From positions 693,627 to 757,626 of the forward strand of contig JAHRHZ010000150.1 of NCBI GenBank assembly GCA_024137785.1: 64,000 nucleotides of DNA, written 5' to 3'. Under the pieces are notes generated by a model that was given only the letters and a program-made list of their open reading frames with translations, was not told the DNA's origin and searched no databases. Shown piece after piece: positions 60,150 through 64,000 of the stretch; the stretch's first letter is position 1; each line of letters begins with the position of its first letter. The DNA comes from Ginglymostoma cirratum (lineage: Eukaryota). Position numbers and translations under genes: made by a program.

Positions 60150-63100
60150 AAATAAGCCCAGTTTGCCGATTCTGACTTCATAATAACATCCCTCCTTTTA
60201 TTCCTCCTGCGATAAAGGATAGCCTACCATTCACTTTCTATTTTCTTCCTGACGCTGCGCTTGTGCAATTGGGGTGTTTCTTCCAATTCAACATCGATTT
60301 GCTGGTTGGTGTTCCTGAGGACTATGTATTTTTTCTTAGATTGTCTTGTGACAAAAATAGCTCCTGTATTCGCACAGAAAGATATATTTGTCAAGTTAGC
60401 CAAAATAAAAAGGTGTGTGTTTTTCAGGAGTAGTTATAAAGAAAGACAAGATGAAGCAAACTAAATCTTATTCATGAAAACTCATGTCTGATTAACCTAT
60501 TTTTAAATTTCATTACCTGTTTGTCTCTCCATATGGCGGTAACTGATTGCTGATCAAACCTCTTCCAAAATATGTTCTCCAGATTAAAAATCTTCTTGTG
60601 ACAACCCTGAAAAGCTGCATGGTGGCTTTCAGTACCTGTGTGTATCAAGAGAGAAAACAAAATGGCGTCAATGTTCTTTGATAATTGGCATGAATCAAAT
60701 TCAGCAGTGAACAACGGATTTTTCTTCGCATAGTCACAGCTTGGGTTCTTTAGTGCCGCGGTAGAGTACCTACCTCTGAACCACCAGTCGTGAGATCAAG
60801 ACCCATTTACTCCAGAGCTGTGTAATATCCCCAAACAGGTTCTTGCAAAACATCTAGCATTTCAATATTTGCCCTATCAAAATCTGACATCTATTTGAAA
60901 ACATCTCTTCTCAGGCAGGAGGTACCTGTGGCTTTGTAACAACAAATAGCCTATAAAAGGAATAGGTTTTATTGCTAAAGTAAACTTTATTAAAATAAAA
61001 TGTATACGCTGAACGTACTTAACCAGTTCTAGACAGTTTTTGCAGACAGCAAAATATTAGATGTGACACTGGAATTTGACATCTCTTAGATCATCCTTGC
61101 AGTTGTAAAAAGAGTCATTTCCACTTGTGCAGGAAACTATTTACATTCATTTTGAGGCAACAGGGGGTTTGAGTACTGAACGGAGCATTGTTAGGAACTG
61201 TGTTTTATTTATTTCCAAAAAGAACCGATTTTGTCCATTGGAAATCAGTCTTTACATTCATATTCAGTTATGTTGTTCTTCACTGTGCAGTATTTGCACA
61301 AGGAAAAAACAAACATTGGCATTTGACTTTCAGCACAGTTGCAAACGTTCAGTGCTCTTTATCTGCGTCTCCTGTTACTGCTGCTCCCAGGTAATCTTCC
61401 AGCCTCGGTGAACTATTTGAGCTAGTTTTAGTCCACTTTTGGCGCTGTTGTCGAACTTCGGTCAGTCAGATGACTTGCAAGCTTCGTTCCTGTTTGCTCC
61501 CTTAAAAACAACAAAAACAATTGTCTTGTTGCAGAATGAAGGTGGCAATGTCCAGCTTCCAAAGGACCATGCACAATGCCCACACTAGTAAATGGCAATG
61601 GTCTCTTTTCTTCTCTCTATGTCTCCACATAATTGATAAATGTCAAGCGTTTGTGAGGCGGGCAGAGGTCCAAGTGTGTAGAATGTGGGAAACCAGAGGA
61701 TACACCTTGGTCTCTGTGAACAATTGGCATTGCAGCCAAACATGGTGATTCGGAGTGTGCCCCAGTTTCGCTCCACCATGAATGGGTGCCCAGAGTTCTG
61801 CAAGTCTATCTGCAGATGTAAACAAGTCAAACAGGTGTGACAGAGTGCCCTGGTTCCCTTGGTAGAAATTGCCTTCCTGTGATAATGGTAGCATTTGAAA
61901 TTTGACCTTATCTGTTCCCCAGTTTCTCCTCAGCTGGTTGCCGACAGCCCTCGTCTCCCTGTGCGAGAACCACTTGTCTGTTGGTGAAGGGAAGAGGGTG
62001 TACCTACATGTACAGGTACCTCCAGCACATCGCAACAGGCCTACGGCTCATAGTGACCTTTGCCATCGGCTCTGATCCCACGACCGAGGAATGGTTCAAA
62101 GGCGGGTTGAAGTCACTAGACCCTTTCAGAAATTGTGCAACCTGAAAATACTGAGCTTGCAGTCAACTGATGCTACTCGTGATCACATTGATTCAAACAG
62201 GCTCAAAACGGGGTCAAAAGTCTAAAAGCCCCCTATTCCACGAGCTGAGCTATTGGGAAAGTGCCTCTGGAGGATTTCAGCTAGGCGCTCATTGATGAAG
62301 ACTTCCCTGCCAACCATACATTGCGTCCATGCCAGTCAAAAACAAACACCTAAATATTCTGAGCCCTTTTCCAAGACCATTGTATGCCCTAGCAGGTCTG
62401 TTCACTCTTTCTTAATAACAACCTTTCTTTTGTTCCTCTTGTAATAAAGGATAATCTTGCATTCACGTTCTTAACTTTTTCCCGAAACTACACTAGGGCA
62501 ATCAATCTAATTATTCCAATCAAACATGGATTTGGTGGCTGCTCCTCTTGACATCTTTGTAATTGCTGTGAGATTTCCGTATGGCATGGCCAAATAGCTT
62601 CTGCATTCATTAACATGGCTATGTAGCCACGTTAGCCTGGAAGGACTTATGCGTTTGTTAAAACACGTTTGTGAGTAACCAGATTAAGCAAACCAATTTA
62701 AATCCTCATGAATGGATATCACATCCCTTCCCACCAACCTCCGCATCCAACGTATCATTCTCCATCCCTTCCGCCGAATACAATCTGACCCCACAACCAA
62801 ACAGATATCTCCCTCTTCACGCTATCTGCCTTTCATAGGAACTGCATTCACCGTGACTCCCTGATTACCTCATCTGTTTAATCTCACTAACTCTCTCCGC
62901 AAAGGGTGGCAATTATTTTGCTGAGCAAATGTATTACAAAATGCCTTTTTAAGCTTAATAATGTTCTTGCTATAGCTCTGTGAAGCTGTATGGTAGCTTT
63001 GAGTAAATGAGTGAATCAACAGAGAAAATAAAACTTCATCAATGCTCTTTGAGAATCACCTTGAATCAGAGTCAGCTGCAGACAATTGAAAGACTTATTT

Positions 63101-63860
63101 CTGCTATTACACCCCAGGGTCTTGTTGGAGACCTGGTAGTGTTCTTATCTCTGAGCCAGGCGACCGACATTGGCCTACCTTCACCAGATTTTAATTACAT
63201 CTATAATCAGGTTCATTAGAAGGAATCTAGAATAAATGAGGAGGGATCTTGTGATGCACCTCTGAGCCAGGAACCTTGAGTTCAAAAACTACATGCTCCA
63301 GAGGTGTGTAATAACATCTTTGAACACAGCAAAAGATCGAATATCTCAATTTTTCATCCCGTCAAACTATATCTGTTTGAAAATGTTTCTTCTCAGGCTT
63401 AGGGAGGACTCAGTGGTATTGCAACAAATACCCTATGAGGGCAGCCAGTTTTTGTTGCAAAACTGTCCTAAACAGTTCCAGACTGTCTTTGCAGAGGTAA
63501 AAGAAACGGACCACTCATTGAAATTCGACATCTCTCAGATCGTCCATGCAGTTCTAAACACAGAGGCGTTGTCCACTTGTGCAGGAAACTATTCACATTC
63601 ATTTTGAGGCAAGAAAGGATTTTGAGAACTGAACGGATCACTCTTAGGAACATTCTTTTTTATTTATTTCAGAAATGCACTTTAATTGTAGAAAATCTCT
63701 ACGTACGTACGTGGTCACTACAGCCGTTGGATACCCTGGTATCTTTGCATATGGAGAATCAAGTAAACGTTGGAGTTTTTCTTTACCCACAGTTGCAACA
63801 ATCCCAGAGGTATTTCTTACTTATGCAAAATACTATTTACATATATTTCAGCCACCAAGA
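60150..63860 (+). repeat. Old tandem segmental duplication (offset about 2.0-2.5 kb) of the V13 upstream cassette
   Basis: 61040-61230 aligns with 63490-63675 (shared TCCACTTGTGCAGGAAACTATTYACATTCATTTTGAGGCAA). 60180-60240 aligns with 62415-62470. Both copies carry a short tRNA-like SINE (~60745 and ~63255). Confidence 0.8.
61345..62183 (+). pseudogene. TRBV: TRBV pseudogene V13 (V12-related), heavily deleted
   Basis: Putative leader 61345-61390 (ACG)FSALYLRLLLLLLPG|GTAATC. V exon 61934-62183 aligns with V12: LVSL..LSVGEGKRV[del]TYMYRYLQHIATGLRLIVTFAIGSDPTTEEWFKG..EVTRPFQKLCNLKILSLQSTD[del]ATRD. RSS CACATTG (62184), 23 bp, TCAAAAGTC (62214-62222). Confidence 0.85.
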
Positions 63861-64000
63861 GGATCCAATAACTGAACAGATGCCCACTGTATTTTGACGG
63901 AAAGACTTTAGACAGTGGTCAAAAGTTTTCTAAGGTAGCCACAACTCTCCGATGAGAAGAATAACTTTTATATTGTGAAAATAAAGTTATAACAATATGT

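Noticed and set aside
1-64000. D, J or C segments and trypsinogen genes (TRB neighbours in mammals)
   Set aside because: By eye I saw no 12-RSS-flanked D, no RSS plus FGxGT J, no C1-set exon and no serine-protease motifs. An RSS scan and TBLASTN would be needed to exclude remnants.

Overview
Vertebrate genomic DNA, most likely from a shark or other elasmobranch (inferred from the repeat families and the V-gene sequences). It is part of the variable region of a T-cell receptor locus, best read as TCR beta (TRB). I find 13 V gene segments, all on the + strand, built as leader exon, intron, V exon and a 3' 23-bp-spacer recombination signal (RSS). My labels V1-V13 are positional only. V1-V10 (1-36.3 kb) are one tandemly amplified family on 2.2-4 kb mosaic cassettes. 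V11 (51-52 kb) and V12/V13 (58.6-62.2 kb) belong to other families. Five look intact (V5, V6, V7, V9, V11) and eight are pseudogenes. V13 is not visible in the ORF track. I found no D, J or C segments. The rest is decayed CR1, CR1/L2-group and Rex1/Babar-like LINEs, SINEs, Penelope-like fragments (two carry a minimal hammerhead ribozyme core), a 33-bp palindromic minisatellite and a 100-N assembly gap. I see no wholly new biological system. The best leads are an ETS:RUNX-type promoter element that tracks with gene integrity, CTCF/E-box-like motifs just 3' of the RSSs, a germline extra CDR3 cysteine on a V-beta subgroup II-like framework, and clear rearrangement scars in the array.
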